Shown here: positions 49,423-60,740 of the stretch, one piece after another
Layout of the letters: each line of letters starts with the position of its first letter
How positions within the stretch are numbered: the stretch's first letter is position 1
Assembly: GCA_030691865.1 (NCBI GenBank)
Contig: JAUYDL010000041.1
Span: forward strand, 758 to 64,757
Reading direction: 5' to 3'
Source of the DNA: Candidatus Omnitrophota bacterium
Lineage (GTDB): Bacteria; Omnitrophota; Gorgyraeia; Gygaellales; Profunditerraquicolaceae
DNA: 64,000 nt
The notes under the pieces: generated by a model
What the model was told of the DNA's origin: nothing
Database searches by the model: none
What the model saw: only the letters and a program-made list of their open reading frames with translations
Position numbers and translations under genes: made by a program

Positions 49423-51086
49423 GCCAACCCTTCAATCATCTTGTTAATCGCCTGGCCCGCCGGAACCATCGGATAAACATTTTCTTCCGGTTCAATACGA
49501 AAATCTATAAAAACTGTATTCTGGGTCTGGATTGCTTTTTGCAGCGCAGCGCGCACTTCGGATTTCTTAGTTACCAGCATCCCAACCGCCCCATAACTTT
49601 GAGCCAGTAAAACATAATCCGGGCTGGTAATCGGCGTATAAGAATAGCGTTTCTTATAAAATAACTCCTGCCACTGCCTAACCATACCTAAGAAACCATT
49701 GTTAAATATCAACACCTTCACGTTGATTTTATTGGCCACACAAGTAGCCAGCTCCTGAATATTCATCTGAATCGAACCATCTCCGGCAATATTAAAAACT
49801 TCTTTTTCAGGACACCCCAGTTTTGCTCCCATGGCCGCCGGGAATCCAAACCCCATGGTGCCCAACCCGCCGCTAGATATAAATGTGCGCGGGGTTAAAT
49901 ACTGATACCATTGGCATGCCCACATCTGGTTCTGGCCTACCTCAGTACAAATTATGGCGTCACCTTTAGTTAGCTCCCAGAGTTGCTGGAGTATATACTG
50001 GGGCTTAAGCATCGCGCTATCATCTTTATAAGTTAACGGATGCTTTTTCTTCCAATCCTCTACCGTCACAAGCCACTGCGCAGTATCCGGAAGCTTCTTA
50101 ATTTCAGTAATGAGTTGTTTGAGAATATTTTTGGCATCTCCCACTATCGGGACATCTGCCCGGATATTCTTACTAATCGATGAAGGATCAATATCAATAT
50201 GAATAACTTTTGCCCCGGGGGCAAAATCGTCCAGCCTTCCGGTTACCCGGTCATCAAAACGCGCTCCCACGGCAATAATTAAATCTGATTGCATGACCGC
50301 GTGATTGGCGTAAGCCGTGCCATGCATTCCCAACATACCTAAAAATAACTTATGCCTGCCAGAAAAACCACCCAACCCCATAAAAGTAGTGGTTACCGGA
50401 GCTTGAATCTTTTCCGCTAATTCTTTTAATTCCAGATGCGCGCCGGAAGTAATCACTCCGCCGCCAGCATAGATAATCGGTTTCTTGGCGCCAGAGATTA
50501 ATTTTGCCGCTTTCTTAATCTGCCCGGGATGACCGAAATAAGTCGGCTGATAACTGCGTATAGTTATCTTTTCCGGCCAGATAAATTCTGTATCTGCCCG
50601 CTGCACATCCAAAGGAATGTCAACTAGCACTGGGCCGGGACGTCCGCTGGAAGCGATATAGAAGGCCTCCGCGATAGTGCGCGCCAGATCTTTTACATCT
50701 TTAACTAAGAAATTATGTTTGGTTACCGGACGGGTAATCCCTGTAACATCAGCTTCCTGGAAAGCATCATTACCGATAAGCTGCGTGCCGACCTGGCCGG
50801 TAATCGCCACCATCGGAATGGAATCCATATAAGCAGTAGCAATTCCGGTGACCAGATTCGTTGCTCCCGGACCGCTGGTTGCCAGGCAAACCCCCACCTT
50901 ACCGGTGGCGCGGGAGAATCCATCAGCAGCATGAGCTGCACCCTGCTCATGACGCGTTAAAATAAATTTAATATCAAAATCATAAAGCTGATCAAAAATA
51001 GGCAGGACCTGGCCTCCGGGATAACCAAAGATTACCTCGATACCTTCGCGTTTTAAAGACTCTAATAATATCCTGGCACCGATCAT
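49419..51086 (-). CDS. ilvB: Acetolactate synthase large subunit
   Basis: FGYPGG, RHEQGA, TSGPGATN, SGGLGTMGFG, GDGS, GMVRQWQ. Confidence 0.97.
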   Translation of the reverse strand: MIGARILLESLKREGIEVIFGYPGGQVLPIFDQLYDFDIKFILTRHEQGAAHAADGFSRATGKVGVCLATSGPGATNLVTGIATAYMDSIPMVAITGQVGTQLIGNDAFQEADVTGITRPVTKHNFLVKDVKDLARTIAEAFYIASSGRPGPVLVDIPLDVQRADTEFIWPEKITIRSYQPTYFGHPGQIKKAAKLISGAKKPIIYAGGGVITSGAHLELKELAEKIQAPVTTTFMGLGGFSGRHKLFLGMLGMHGTAYANHAVMQSDLIIAVGARFDDRVTGRLDDFAPGAKVIHIDIDPSSISKNIRADVPIVGDAKNILKQLITEIKKLPDTAQWLVTVEDWKKKHPLTYKDDSAMLKPQYILQQLWELTKGDAIICTEVGQNQMWACQWYQYLTPRTFISSGGLGTMGFGFPAAMGAKLGCPEKEVFNIAGDGSIQMNIQELATCVANKINVKVLIFNNGFLGMVRQWQELFYKKRYSYTPITSPDYVLLAQSYGAVGMLVTKKSEVRAALQKAIQTQNTVFIDFRIEPEENVYPMVPAGQAINKMIEGLA

Positions 51087-51087
51087 T

Positions 51088-52740
51088 TTAGCTTAATATT
51101 GCTCCCTTATCTGCTGAACTCACTAATCTAGAATAACGGGATAAATACCCGGTTTTAATTTTGGGCTCCACACTTTTCCAATGCTTAAATCTTTTTTCTA
51201 TTTCAACCTTACTTAATTTAACTTCCAGCTTACGATTTGGGATATCAATATTTATTGTATCACCATCTTTAATAATTGCAATTGTCCCGCCTGCTGAAGC
51301 TTCCGGAGAAATATGACCGATACAGGGGCCTTTAGTCCCCCCTGAAAAACGACCATCGGTAATTAAAGCCACTGAATCCTCCAGGCCCAAACCCACAATG
51401 GCCGCGGTTGGCGCCAGCATCTCACGCATTCCCGGCCCGCCTGAGGGGCCCTCATAACGGATAACAATACAATCACCTTTTTTTATTTTATTGCTCATAA
51501 TCGCCTGCATGGCTTGCTCTTCACGATTAAATACCCGGGCACGGCCAACAAACTGCATCATCTTGGCGCTGACCCCAGACTGCTTGACCACTGCTCCATT
51601 GGGCGCAAGGTTGCCGTATAGAACCGCGATCCCACCCTGCTTATGATACGCTCGGTTTAACGGACGGATCACCTCGGAATCAAAAATAGTGGCACTATCC
51701 GCAATCTGGAACGTTTTCTGGCCGCTGGCATTTAAAGTATTATTTAATTTAGATTTTAATCTCTTTAATACTGCCGGAATACCTCCGGCATATTCAAGAT
51801 CTTCCATAAAATACTCGCCGGCCGGCTCAATAGCCGTAATATGCGGCACAGTCTTACTTATTCTGTCAAAAGTCTTTAAATCCAAATCTATACCTGCCTC
51901 ATGAGCAATACTCATCAAATGCAGAACCGTATTGCTTGAGCCGCCTAATGCCATATCTACTACGATGGCATTCTCTAGAGATTTCGCCGTGATAATATCG
52001 CGCGGTTTAATATTCTGCTTGACCAACTTCACAATCTGCTCTCCACTGGCTTGGGCGATCCGGCGTTTTTTGGCAGAACCCGCTAGCGCCGTGCCACAAC
52101 CAGGAATAGACATGCCCATGGTTTCGGTAAGACAAGCCATAGTATTAGCAGTATATAACCCCTGGCATGATCCTTGCCCCGGACAAGCCTCCATCTCTAA
52201 GCAGGATAATTCCTGCAGGGAAATATCACCTTTTTTTGCCCGAGCCATACCTTCGAATGTATCATGCACAAAAGCTAGTTTTCTTTTATTAAAACGCCCC
52301 GAGAGCATTGGCCCGGCCGTAACCATGATCGCCGGGATATTTAAACGCGCTACCCCCATCAGCATGCCCGGAGTAATTTTATCACAATTAGTCAGGCAGA
52401 TAATTCCGTCTAATTGATGCGCGTTAGCTACTGTTTCAATAATATCAGCCACAATCTCACGCAGAGCCAAAGGATAACACATTCCCAAATGACCCATGGC
52501 TATTCCGTCACAAATACCCGGCACGCCGAATAAAAACGGCACCGCTCCTGCGTAACAGATCCCCCGCTCAATAAATCTCTCCAAGTCACGCATCCCGATA
52601 TGTCCGGGAATAAGATCAGTAAATGATGTGGCCACGCCGATAAACGGCCGTCCTAAATCTTTTTTAGACAGGCCAGCGGCATATAAAAGCGCCCGATGCG
52701 GCACCCTATCCAAACCCTTTTTTATGGTATCTGAACGCAT
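51088..52740 (-). CDS. ilvD: Dihydroxy-acid dehydratase
   Basis: [35 protein letters not shown]. Confidence 0.97.
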   Translation of the reverse strand: MRSDTIKKGLDRVPHRALLYAAGLSKKDLGRPFIGVATSFTDLIPGHIGMRDLERFIERGICYAGAVPFLFGVPGICDGIAMGHLGMCYPLALREIVADIIETVANAHQLDGIICLTNCDKITPGMLMGVARLNIPAIMVTAGPMLSGRFNKRKLAFVHDTFEGMARAKKGDISLQELSCLEMEACPGQGSCQGLYTANTMACLTETMGMSIPGCGTALAGSAKKRRIAQASGEQIVKLVKQNIKPRDIITAKSLENAIVVDMALGGSSNTVLHLMSIAHEAGIDLDLKTFDRISKTVPHITAIEPAGEYFMEDLEYAGGIPAVLKRLKSKLNNTLNASGQKTFQIADSATIFDSEVIRPLNRAYHKQGGIAVLYGNLAPNGAVVKQSGVSAKMMQFVGRARVFNREEQAMQAIMSNKIKKGDCIVIRYEGPSGGPGMREMLAPTAAIVGLGLEDSVALITDGRFSGGTKGPCIGHISPEASAGGTIAIIKDGDTINIDIPNRKLEVKLSKVEIEKRFKHWKSVEPKIKTGYLSRYSRLVSSADKGAILS

Positions 52741-52754
52741 ATTCTCTCCTCGCT

Positions 52755-52829
52755 AGGGACGGTTCTGGAAACAAAGGAAAAGTGTCCCTTTTTAGGGGAC
52801 AGTTCTGCTTTAAGTTGAGAACCGTCCCT
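52755..52829. repeat. Nested GGGGAC-family inverted repeats
   Basis: AGGGACGGTTCT...[TGTCCC TTTTTA GGGGACA]...AGAACCGTCCCT. Confidence 0.75.
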
Positions 52830-52839
52830 GATTCTAATT

Positions 52840-54165
52840 TTAATCGGCGCCTTCCCCATCATGCGGTACCGCCGCGGCATGCTGACGTTTACGCACAATC
52901 ACTCTTTTTAAGGTAACATATTTATCAACTAAAGCCGCATTATTTACGGCATTAAGCTGTTTGAAAAGAAAATCGAATTTATTTTCGATCTGGCCGGCAA
53001 TAGCATCGCGAACCAACTGCGGCAGGCTCATGATCTCTTTCTTGAACGGCCCCAATGCTTTCTTTCTGGTCTTATAAAAAAACTGCTCCTGGGTTTCCTC
53101 AGGCTTCGCCTCATTGGCAGCATTAACTTTGAGCCAATCATAAATTCTATTCTTTAAATCCGCAGGAAAATGTTTGGAATCAAAAATCATATTCTGAAAC
53201 TGCGTCGCCAGATGTACCTCGCAAGCTTCGCATTCCGCAAACTTATGAAATGCCTCCTCCGGCAAAGTTGAGGCGCCATGCTGTACTGCGCCAGCCAAAC
53301 CAAACTCTTTGCGGGCCAGCGCAGAAATATTTTTTAAAGTCTCAAAATCTAACTTTACCTGGGCAATTGAACCATCCGGCAAGACCACTCCGCCATGAGA
53401 AGTACCTGTCTGAATAGAAATCTTGCTGATTCCCACTAAACCTTTACGCAGGCGCTGCTTAAAACCAACCATGAATGCCCGCAAATCCTCAGGCGTAGAA
53501 TTTTGATGCCCTACCTCGCCGATCTCTCCGCCTACCGAAACCGTTATACCTTTGGGCTCAATGCGGCGGATAAATTGCGTCAACTTGGCGCATACTTGGT
53601 AATTTAAATACTGCTGATCGCTTACTTTAGGCTTACTTAAATCTACCAGGGTTGAGGAATCAATGTCAATATTATAAAAACCCGCACAGATGGCTTCGGT
53701 AATTATTCCCTGTAGCGCCTCTATCTCCTTATCCGGATTCTCCTGGTATTTCTTCAGGTTAGCCTGAAAGTGATCGCCCTGAATAAATACCGGACCAGTA
53801 TAATTTTCTTTGATTGCAGCAGCCAGGATTACCGCAGAATACTCAACCGGAGGCTGCGCAGTATAACCCATTTCAGATTTAGCAATTTCAAAGATAAAAG
53901 TCTTGGAGTTATTCTTTTTGCCCACTCTGAATATTGCCCGGGCCAAATCATAAGTTAAACTGCGGATATTGATTGCCGGCACAGTTGAGCCGCTGAACTC
54001 TTCTTTGCCCCGCGCCATATAGTAATCCTGAATACTGGAAGGATAAATCCCTTTCTTATAAGCAATATCGCAGATCTTCTTGGCCAATTTCTTTTTTAAA
54101 AGCACATCATCAGCCATAACTAAATTCGTCACAATTTTATCGATCTCCAGCGGCTTTCTTCCCAT
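52840..54165 (-). CDS. Class II fructose-bisphosphate aldolase family protein
   Basis: VPAINIR, QGDH, GGEIGEVG, GTSHGG, VQHGAS; adjacent to pfkA. Confidence 0.85.
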   Translation of the reverse strand: MGRKPLEIDKIVTNLVMADDVLLKKKLAKKICDIAYKKGIYPSSIQDYYMARGKEEFSGSTVPAINIRSLTYDLARAIFRVGKKNNSKTFIFEIAKSEMGYTAQPPVEYSAVILAAAIKENYTGPVFIQGDHFQANLKKYQENPDKEIEALQGIITEAICAGFYNIDIDSSTLVDLSKPKVSDQQYLNYQVCAKLTQFIRRIEPKGITVSVGGEIGEVGHQNSTPEDLRAFMVGFKQRLRKGLVGISKISIQTGTSHGGVVLPDGSIAQVKLDFETLKNISALARKEFGLAGAVQHGASTLPEEAFHKFAECEACEVHLATQFQNMIFDSKHFPADLKNRIYDWLKVNAANEAKPEETQEQFFYKTRKKALGPFKKEIMSLPQLVRDAIAGQIENKFDFLFKQLNAVNNAALVDKYVTLKRVIVRKRQHAAAVPHDGEGAD

Positions 54166-54334
54166 TTGTACTTATCTCCTTATTTATATATTGAAACTGT
54201 TATTATTTTTCTCGCTCACCTTACTCACTTAACACATTTAATACTTGTTCGTTACACTCACAAGTATTTCGCACAGTAAGTGCGCACTTGCCAATCCTAT
54301 ATGGCAAGGTGCGCTAAACTAAAACTAAAGGTGC

Positions 54335-55300
54335 TCAAGTTAAGATTTTAATTAATTTATAGAGATTCTCAATCTTCAATTCTTTTTTCTGTATGGCCGT
54401 CTCAAAATCAACTTCGACAATCAAACCCGCGGCTAATCCTAAAGCAATATCTTCTTTACCTGCAATTAAACAATCCACTGCCGCTTTACCAAGATTTAAA
54501 GCTAACTCCCGGCTAACCGCTGTCGGCCGGCCGCCTCTTTGCACATGGCCTAAAACCACTGTGCGCGTCTCCAGGCCGGTCATATCCGTTATTTGCCTGG
54601 CAATATCATTCGCCTTGCCTGCGCCTTCCGCAACCACAATAATCCAGCTCATTTTCCCAACCAGATTGCCATGGACTATATCATGACAAATTGCATCCAG
54701 ATTAATTTCTCTTTCAGGAATAATTATATCTTCACACCCTCCGGCGAGGGCAACAGTTAAAGCAATAAATCCGGATTCCCTGCCCATCACTTCCACCACA
54801 AAAATCCGCTCCATGCTGGTAGCCGTATCGCGGATTTTATCAATAGCATCCAAAGCAGTATTGACTGCCGTATCCGTACCAATCGTATAATCTATACCGT
54901 TCACATCATTATCAATGGAAGCGGCGATTCCCACACAGGGGATATTAAATTTTTTATAAAATTCATGGGCGGCGGCAAAAGAACCATTACCACCGATAAC
55001 CACTAAACCATCGATATTATTTTTTTTAATTGTCTCATAAGCCCGCTTCTGGCCTTCCTCAGTTCTAAACTCTGCACAACGCGCAGTCTTTAAAATTGTT
55101 CCGCCCTGGCCAATGATTCCCGATACAGAACGATGACTTAAAGGTTTTAGTTCTTCATTAATCAAGCCCCACCAGCCGCGAAAAACACCCATTACTTCTA
55201 GTTTCTGGCTAATCCCGTAACGCACAACAGAACGAATTGCCGAATTCATTCCCGGAGCATCTCCTCCAGCGGTTAACACCGCAATTCTCTTAATCGCCAT
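54335..55300 (-). CDS. pfkA: ATP-dependent 6-phosphofructokinase
   Basis: TAGGDAPGMN, GGTIL, IGGNGS, SIDND, VEVMGR, LGHVQRGG. Confidence 0.96.
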   Translation of the reverse strand: MAIKRIAVLTAGGDAPGMNSAIRSVVRYGISQKLEVMGVFRGWWGLINEELKPLSHRSVSGIIGQGGTILKTARCAEFRTEEGQKRAYETIKKNNIDGLVVIGGNGSFAAAHEFYKKFNIPCVGIAASIDNDVNGIDYTIGTDTAVNTALDAIDKIRDTATSMERIFVVEVMGRESGFIALTVALAGGCEDIIIPEREINLDAICHDIVHGNLVGKMSWIIVVAEGAGKANDIARQITDMTGLETRTVVLGHVQRGGRPTAVSRELALNLGKAAVDCLIAGKEDIALGLAAGLIVEVDFETAIQKKELKIENLYKLIKILT

Positions 55301-55385
55301 ACCAAACCTCCCTACATTCTATCTACTAACTACCTGCCTGCCGCCTGCCTGTCGGCAGTCAGGGCAGGCAGGCTATCTACTGCTT

Positions 55386-56642
55386 TTATGTACCCATCTC
55401 CCAGCTAGCTAAATATTTCTTCTGTTCCGCGGTTAGCACATCTATCTTTATCCCCATTGACTTAAGTTTAAGCCTGGAGATATTTTTATCGATATCTTCC
55501 GGAACCGTATAAACCTGTTTTTTCAATTTACGGTAATTCTTGGCCAAGTATCGCGCAGAAAAAGCCTGGTTAGCAAAAGACATATCCATCACGCTAGCCG
55601 GATGGCCTTCAGCGGCTGCCAAATTAATCAAACGGCCCTGGCTTAAAAGATAAATCTTGCGATTATTTTTTAAGGTATATTCATCAACAAAATCGCGAGT
55701 TGCCCGTTTAGATTTTGCAATTGCCTCTAAACCCGGGATATCAATTTCGACATTAAAATGTCCGGAGTTAGCTACGATTGCGCCATCCTTCATTAGACTA
55801 AAGTGCTCTTTTCGAATTACATTAATATCGCCGGTAACCGTAACAAAGATATCTCCGATCTTAGCGGCTTCGCGAAGAGGCATAACCTCAAAACCATCCA
55901 TGGTCGCCTCTAAGGCCCGCAAAGGGTCAACCTCAATAACCACGACTTTAGCACCCATACCTTTTGCGCGCATGGCCGTGCCTTTACCGCACCAACCATA
56001 ACCACAAACTACAAAAGTAGACCCGGCAATTAATTTATTCGTCGAGCGGATAATCCCGTCAAGCGTAGACTGGCCTGTGCCGTAACGATTATCAAAAAGA
56101 TGCTTGGTTAAAGCATCATTAACCGCAATTATCGGGTAACGTAATTTTCCTTCTTGCGCCAAAGCCCGCAGTCGAATCACCCCGGTAGTAGTCTCCTCTG
56201 TACCGCCAATGATATTAGTATGCATTCGGGCGGGGCGCTGATGGATTGTACTTACCAGGTCTGCGCCGTCATCCATGGTAATATCCGGCTTAATGGCTAA
56301 TGCCGATTTCATATGTACATAATAAGTTTTAGTATCCTCACCTTTAATCGCAAAAACCGCCACCTTTAAATCTTTTACTAAAGAAGCAGCCGCATCATCT
56401 TGAGTAGAAAGCGGATTAGATGCACACAGATAAACATCTGCACCGCCGGATTTTAAAACATCCACCAACACTGCGGTTTCAGTAGTAACATGTAAACAGC
56501 AAGCGACCTTAAGGCCGGCTAAAGGCTTCTCTTTAGAAAATCTCTGCTTAATTAAATCCAAAACAGGCATATTTTTGGCTGCCCATTCAATTCTTAAAGC
56601 ACCTTTTTTTGCTAACTTTATATCCTTAATGTCATATCGCAT
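55386..56642 (-). CDS. ahcY: S-adenosylhomocysteine hydrolase
   Basis: [40 protein letters not shown]. Confidence 0.97.
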   Translation of the reverse strand: MRYDIKDIKLAKKGALRIEWAAKNMPVLDLIKQRFSKEKPLAGLKVACCLHVTTETAVLVDVLKSGGADVYLCASNPLSTQDDAAASLVKDLKVAVFAIKGEDTKTYYVHMKSALAIKPDITMDDGADLVSTIHQRPARMHTNIIGGTEETTTGVIRLRALAQEGKLRYPIIAVNDALTKHLFDNRYGTGQSTLDGIIRSTNKLIAGSTFVVCGYGWCGKGTAMRAKGMGAKVVVIEVDPLRALEATMDGFEVMPLREAAKIGDIFVTVTGDINVIRKEHFSLMKDGAIVANSGHFNVEIDIPGLEAIAKSKRATRDFVDEYTLKNNRKIYLLSQGRLINLAAAEGHPASVMDMSFANQAFSARYLAKNYRKLKKQVYTVPEDIDKNISRLKLKSMGIKIDVLTAEQKKYLASWEMGT

Positions 56643-56681
56643 ATATTCCCCTTATTTTAAAATTCTGTCATTGACGACCTT

Positions 56682-57851
56682 CTATATTCTTGCCGCTTGT
56701 CTTTTTAAGCTCTCTACTTTATCCAGCTTCTCCCAGTAGAATTCCGGCTCTGGTCTTCCAAAATGACCATAGCTGGCAGTTTTTCTGTAGATAGGCCGGC
56801 GTAATTTCAATGATTCGATAATTCCTTTAGGGGTAAGCTCGAAATTCTGCCGGATCAGCTTCACTAAAGCCTCCTCTGGAAGAACAGAAGCCCCCTCGGT
56901 TTTGACCATCACCGATAAAGGCTCCGCCCGGCCGATAACATAAGCCAGCTGAATAAGGCATTCTTCCGCCAGGCCTGCCCCCACAATATTCTTGGCAATA
57001 TAACGGCACATATACGCTGCGGAGCGATCAACCTTAGTCGGATCCTTACCCGAGAATGCCCCGCCCCCATGAGCCACTGCTCCACCATAAGTATCCACAA
57101 TTATTTTTCTCCCCGTCATGCCGGTATCAGATTGGGGACCACCCACAACAAATTTTCCCGTCTGATTAACAAAATACTTGGTATTCTTGTCTGCCCAACC
57201 TTTAAGGATGGGACCGGCAACCTGGCGAATAATCTCCTGACGAGATTTTTCAGTAATGCGCTTGCCGCTTTTATCCAAAATATCAACAGTATGCTGAGAA
57301 GCTAAAACCACGGAATCCACACGCACGGGCTTTCCATTGTCGTACTCAACAGTTACCTGGGTCTTTCCGTCCGGGCCGAGGTATTTTAAAATCTTTTCTT
57401 TACGCACGGCGGTTAAACGCATAGCTAATTTTTGCGCCAACATTAAAGCCAGCGGCATCAATTCCTTGGTCTCCTTACAAGCATAACCAAACATCATACC
57501 CTGATCCCCCGCTCCGCCGGTATCCACGCCTTGTGATATATCCGGAGACTGGGCATGAATAGCATTAAGAATGGCGCAGGTATGAAAATCAAAACCGTAT
57601 TTAGGATTGTCATAACCGATCTCTTCGATTATTTTCCTGCTTATTTCATGCACATCGATAAAACCACGGGTAGTAATCTCGCCGCCGACAATTAAAAGCC
57701 CCATGGTGACATAAGTTTCGCAGGCTACGCGCGAATAAATATCGTTCTTTAGACAAGCATCCAAGACCCCGTCTGAAATCTGATCGCACAACTTATCCGG
57801 ATGCCCTTCGGTTACCGACTCTGAAGTAAAATAATGCTTCTGCACGACCAT
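56682..57851 (-). CDS. metK: S-adenosylmethionine synthetase
   Basis: [35 protein letters not shown]. Confidence 0.98.
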   Translation of the reverse strand: MVVQKHYFTSESVTEGHPDKLCDQISDGVLDACLKNDIYSRVACETYVTMGLLIVGGEITTRGFIDVHEISRKIIEEIGYDNPKYGFDFHTCAILNAIHAQSPDISQGVDTGGAGDQGMMFGYACKETKELMPLALMLAQKLAMRLTAVRKEKILKYLGPDGKTQVTVEYDNGKPVRVDSVVLASQHTVDILDKSGKRITEKSRQEIIRQVAGPILKGWADKNTKYFVNQTGKFVVGGPQSDTGMTGRKIIVDTYGGAVAHGGGAFSGKDPTKVDRSAAYMCRYIAKNIVGAGLAEECLIQLAYVIGRAEPLSVMVKTEGASVLPEEALVKLIRQNFELTPKGIIESLKLRRPIYRKTASYGHFGRPEPEFYWEKLDKVESLKRQAARI

Positions 57852-57923
57852 GACTCCTCCTCATTTTTCCCCGCCTCCGGCGCTTGGGGAAAAATGACCC
57901 TAAAGCTCCTGCGAGGGGGAAGA

Positions 57924-58664
57924 TTATTTGACAAATATTTCTTTTGCCGCGTTTAAATATTTATAATCGCCGATGTCAAACCAAGAACCGCTAAATACGT
58001 ATCCATAAACATCCACCTTGTCTTTTAACCAAGCGATATAACTTCCGGTGGAATCGGCTTTTCTTTTTTCATCCTGCATATAGGCGTTAATCAAATTTAA
58101 ATAATTTTTTGATATATAATACAAACACATCGCTACCAGGTTTGACTCCGGATGTTTCGGCTTCTCCTTAAAACTAATTACTCTGTTTAACTTATCCAAC
58201 TTAACCACGCCGTAACGGCTGGCATCTTTTTTCCGCTTTAATCTATACAAGCCCAGGCTGGTGGAGGCAACATTTTTCTTAGAAACATCCAAAAATCCTT
58301 GCAGAGAACCGCTGAATAAGTTATCACCACCGACCACTAAGAGATCCTCTTGAACCTTCTTCTTTTTAATCACAAAATTTATATCTCCGATCGCCCCTAA
58401 CCTGTCCTGATTATTCTTAGTCAGATCATCGACCAAAGTAATCTTCTTAGGCGACTTTACTGTTTTGGCCCACTTTCTAAAATCTGATATAAATTTACTA
58501 TTGGTTACGATATAGATCTCATTAATACCGCCAACTAACCCCAATTTATCAACGATATAATTTATAATCGGCCTGCCTTTTACCTCTAAAAGCGGCTTAG
58601 GATATTTTTTAGTTAAGGGATAAAGCCTGGTAGCATATCCGGCAGCTAAAATTAACGCCTTCAC
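57924..58664 (-). CDS. Sugar-phosphate nucleotidyltransferase family protein
   Basis: ILAAGYATRL.PLT...PKPLL, GDN, EKP, WFDIG. Confidence 0.9.
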   Translation of the reverse strand: MKALILAAGYATRLYPLTKKYPKPLLEVKGRPIINYIVDKLGLVGGINEIYIVTNSKFISDFRKWAKTVKSPKKITLVDDLTKNNQDRLGAIGDINFVIKKKKVQEDLLVVGGDNLFSGSLQGFLDVSKKNVASTSLGLYRLKRKKDASRYGVVKLDKLNRVISFKEKPKHPESNLVAMCLYYISKNYLNLINAYMQDEKRKADSTGSYIAWLKDKVDVYGYVFSGSWFDIGDYKYLNAAKEIFVK

Positions 58665-58735
58665 CCAGCACCTTCTTTCTTATTTAATTCATCAAACCAT
58701 ATGGCTTCAATAGTTAAATATTTAGAAGTTGCGGG
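58665..58735. repeat. 71-bp MITE-like element, copy 2
   Basis: CCAGCACCTTCT...AGAAGTTGCGGG, colinear with 4178-4248. Confidence 0.8.
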
Positions 58736-58742
58736 ATTCACT

Positions 58743-60473
58743 TTATTTTAGAATCTGGGCTAATCTATTTTGCGCAAATTCTTCGACTTCTTTACCCGTT
58801 GAAAGTTTCATCGCCTGCACGGCCAATTCCTGCGTAGCCTTAAAACCTACGGCGCGAATTACGTACTTTAATTCCGGAATCACCTGCGGAGGTAAACTAA
58901 ACTCATCTAAACCTAAACCCAAAAGAATAAGCGCCAAAGACGGTTCCCCTGCCATCTCTCCGCACATGGCTACCTTGATTTTAGCCTGATGCGCTGCATC
59001 AATAATATTCTTAATCAATCTTAAAACTGCCGGATGCGCCGGATCATAAAGATAGGCAACTTTCTCATTACTGCGGTCAACTGCCAGGGAGTATTGAATT
59101 AAATCATTGGTCCCGATACTAAAGAAATCGGCTTCTTTAGCCAATATATCCGCAGTCATTGCCGCTGAAGGAACCTCCACCATTACCCCCACCTTAATTT
59201 TATCATTAAACTTCAAACCGCTCTGTCTAAGCTCCGCTTTAGCTTCACCAAGAAGCTGATTTGCCTGCCGTAACTCCTCAACCCCGGAGATCATCGGATA
59301 CATTAGCTTAAGATTCCCATGCACTGAAGCCCTAAGGATAGCGCGTAGCTGTAACTTAAATATATCCGGACGCGCTAAACAAAATCTAATCGCCCTCCAC
59401 CCTAAAAACGGCTGCATTTCATACGGAATTTTAAATTGCGATAGGAATTTATCTCCACCTATATCCAGGGTGCGAATGACCACCGAATACGGATTCATCT
59501 CTTCAGCCACATACTTATAAGCCTGATAATGCTCCTCTTCACTGGGAGAATCCTTGCGATTCATATAAAAAAACTCTGTGCGGTAAAGCCCGATTCCCTG
59601 GCCTCCGTGCAACTTGGCGCTTGGCACCTCATCCGGAAATTCAATATTCGCATTAATCAAAATTGTCCTGCCATCGGTAGTAACTGCCGATAAATCTTTA
59701 ACCGTCAGAAACTTATCCGCAATACCTTTTAACTTTTCAAGTTTCGCCTGATAGCTCCTAAGCGTTTCCTCATCGGGATCAATAATCACGATCCCCATGC
59801 TGCCATCAACGATCAGTATATCTCCCGGGTTAACTTTGGAGGTGACTCCTTCCAACCCTACGACTGCGGGTATCTCCAGGGATTTAGCCATAATCGCGGT
59901 ATGCGAAGTCTTACCGCCAATATCCGTAACAAAAGCAGCGATATTCTTGGTATGCATTGCCACGGTGTCCGAAGGAGAGATATCATGCGCCACAATAATT
60001 GCCCTGCCTCCGACATCATCTAAACCCTTCTTCTTTGTCCCCAGAAGATTCCTTAATATCCTTTTACCGACATCGTTAATATCCGCAGCGCGTTCCTTAA
60101 GGTATTCATCCTCGATTTTCAAAAACACACCGATATATTTCTTTAAAACCTCGGAAAAAATATACGCAACATTAAGCTGTTCTTTTTTAAGGCGACTGAT
60201 CACCTCTTCGATGAGCATCCGGTCTTCGAGAACCAACAGGTGCGCATCAAAAATCTGCGCCTCCGCCTGGCCCATATCCGAACTAATCCTTTTTTGCAGT
60301 TCAATAATCTCACGGCGAGTTTGAATCAGCGCTTCTTCAAAGAGTTGAATCTGCACGGGAATGTCTGTCCAGTTGATCGCTTCGCGTAAGACGACAAACT
60401 CCTCTTTCCCCAGCATATAAGCCGATCCGATACTGATACCACTTGCAGCGGCAATTCCTTTTAGTTGAATCAT
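58743..60473 (-). CDS. ptsI: PTS enzyme I
   Basis: GGKTSHTAIMA, GLYRTEF, RTLDIGGDK, SIGTNDL, MCGEMA. Confidence 0.96.
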   Translation of the reverse strand: MIQLKGIAAASGISIGSAYMLGKEEFVVLREAINWTDIPVQIQLFEEALIQTRREIIELQKRISSDMGQAEAQIFDAHLLVLEDRMLIEEVISRLKKEQLNVAYIFSEVLKKYIGVFLKIEDEYLKERAADINDVGKRILRNLLGTKKKGLDDVGGRAIIVAHDISPSDTVAMHTKNIAAFVTDIGGKTSHTAIMAKSLEIPAVVGLEGVTSKVNPGDILIVDGSMGIVIIDPDEETLRSYQAKLEKLKGIADKFLTVKDLSAVTTDGRTILINANIEFPDEVPSAKLHGGQGIGLYRTEFFYMNRKDSPSEEEHYQAYKYVAEEMNPYSVVIRTLDIGGDKFLSQFKIPYEMQPFLGWRAIRFCLARPDIFKLQLRAILRASVHGNLKLMYPMISGVEELRQANQLLGEAKAELRQSGLKFNDKIKVGVMVEVPSAAMTADILAKEADFFSIGTNDLIQYSLAVDRSNEKVAYLYDPAHPAVLRLIKNIIDAAHQAKIKVAMCGEMAGEPSLALILLGLGLDEFSLPPQVIPELKYVIRAVGFKATQELAVQAMKLSTGKEVEEFAQNRLAQILK

Positions 60474-60739
60474 AGCTCTTCCTCGCTACTAATTAGCTTT
60501 TCCAACTCTACCAACGCCTGCTCGGCGTCCGAACCGTCTACCTCAACAACAATCAAACTATCCTTCTCTGCTCCAAGCATAAGAATACCCATGATCGATT
60601 TACCATTAACCTCTTCGTCATCATGACGCACGGTAATCCGCGCATCGAATTTATTAGCTATCTGCACAAATACAGCAGCCGGCCGCGCATGTAAACCCTG
60701 TTTATTTTTTACAATTAATTCTTTTTTAATTAAAGGCAT
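60470..60739 (-). CDS. ptsH: Phosphocarrier protein HPr
   Basis: GLHARPAA, NGKSIMG. Confidence 0.95.
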   Translation of the reverse strand: MPLIKKELIVKNKQGLHARPAAVFVQIANKFDARITVRHDDEEVNGKSIMGILMLGAEKDSLIVVEVDGSDAEQALVELEKLISSEEEL

Positions 60740-60740
60740 G

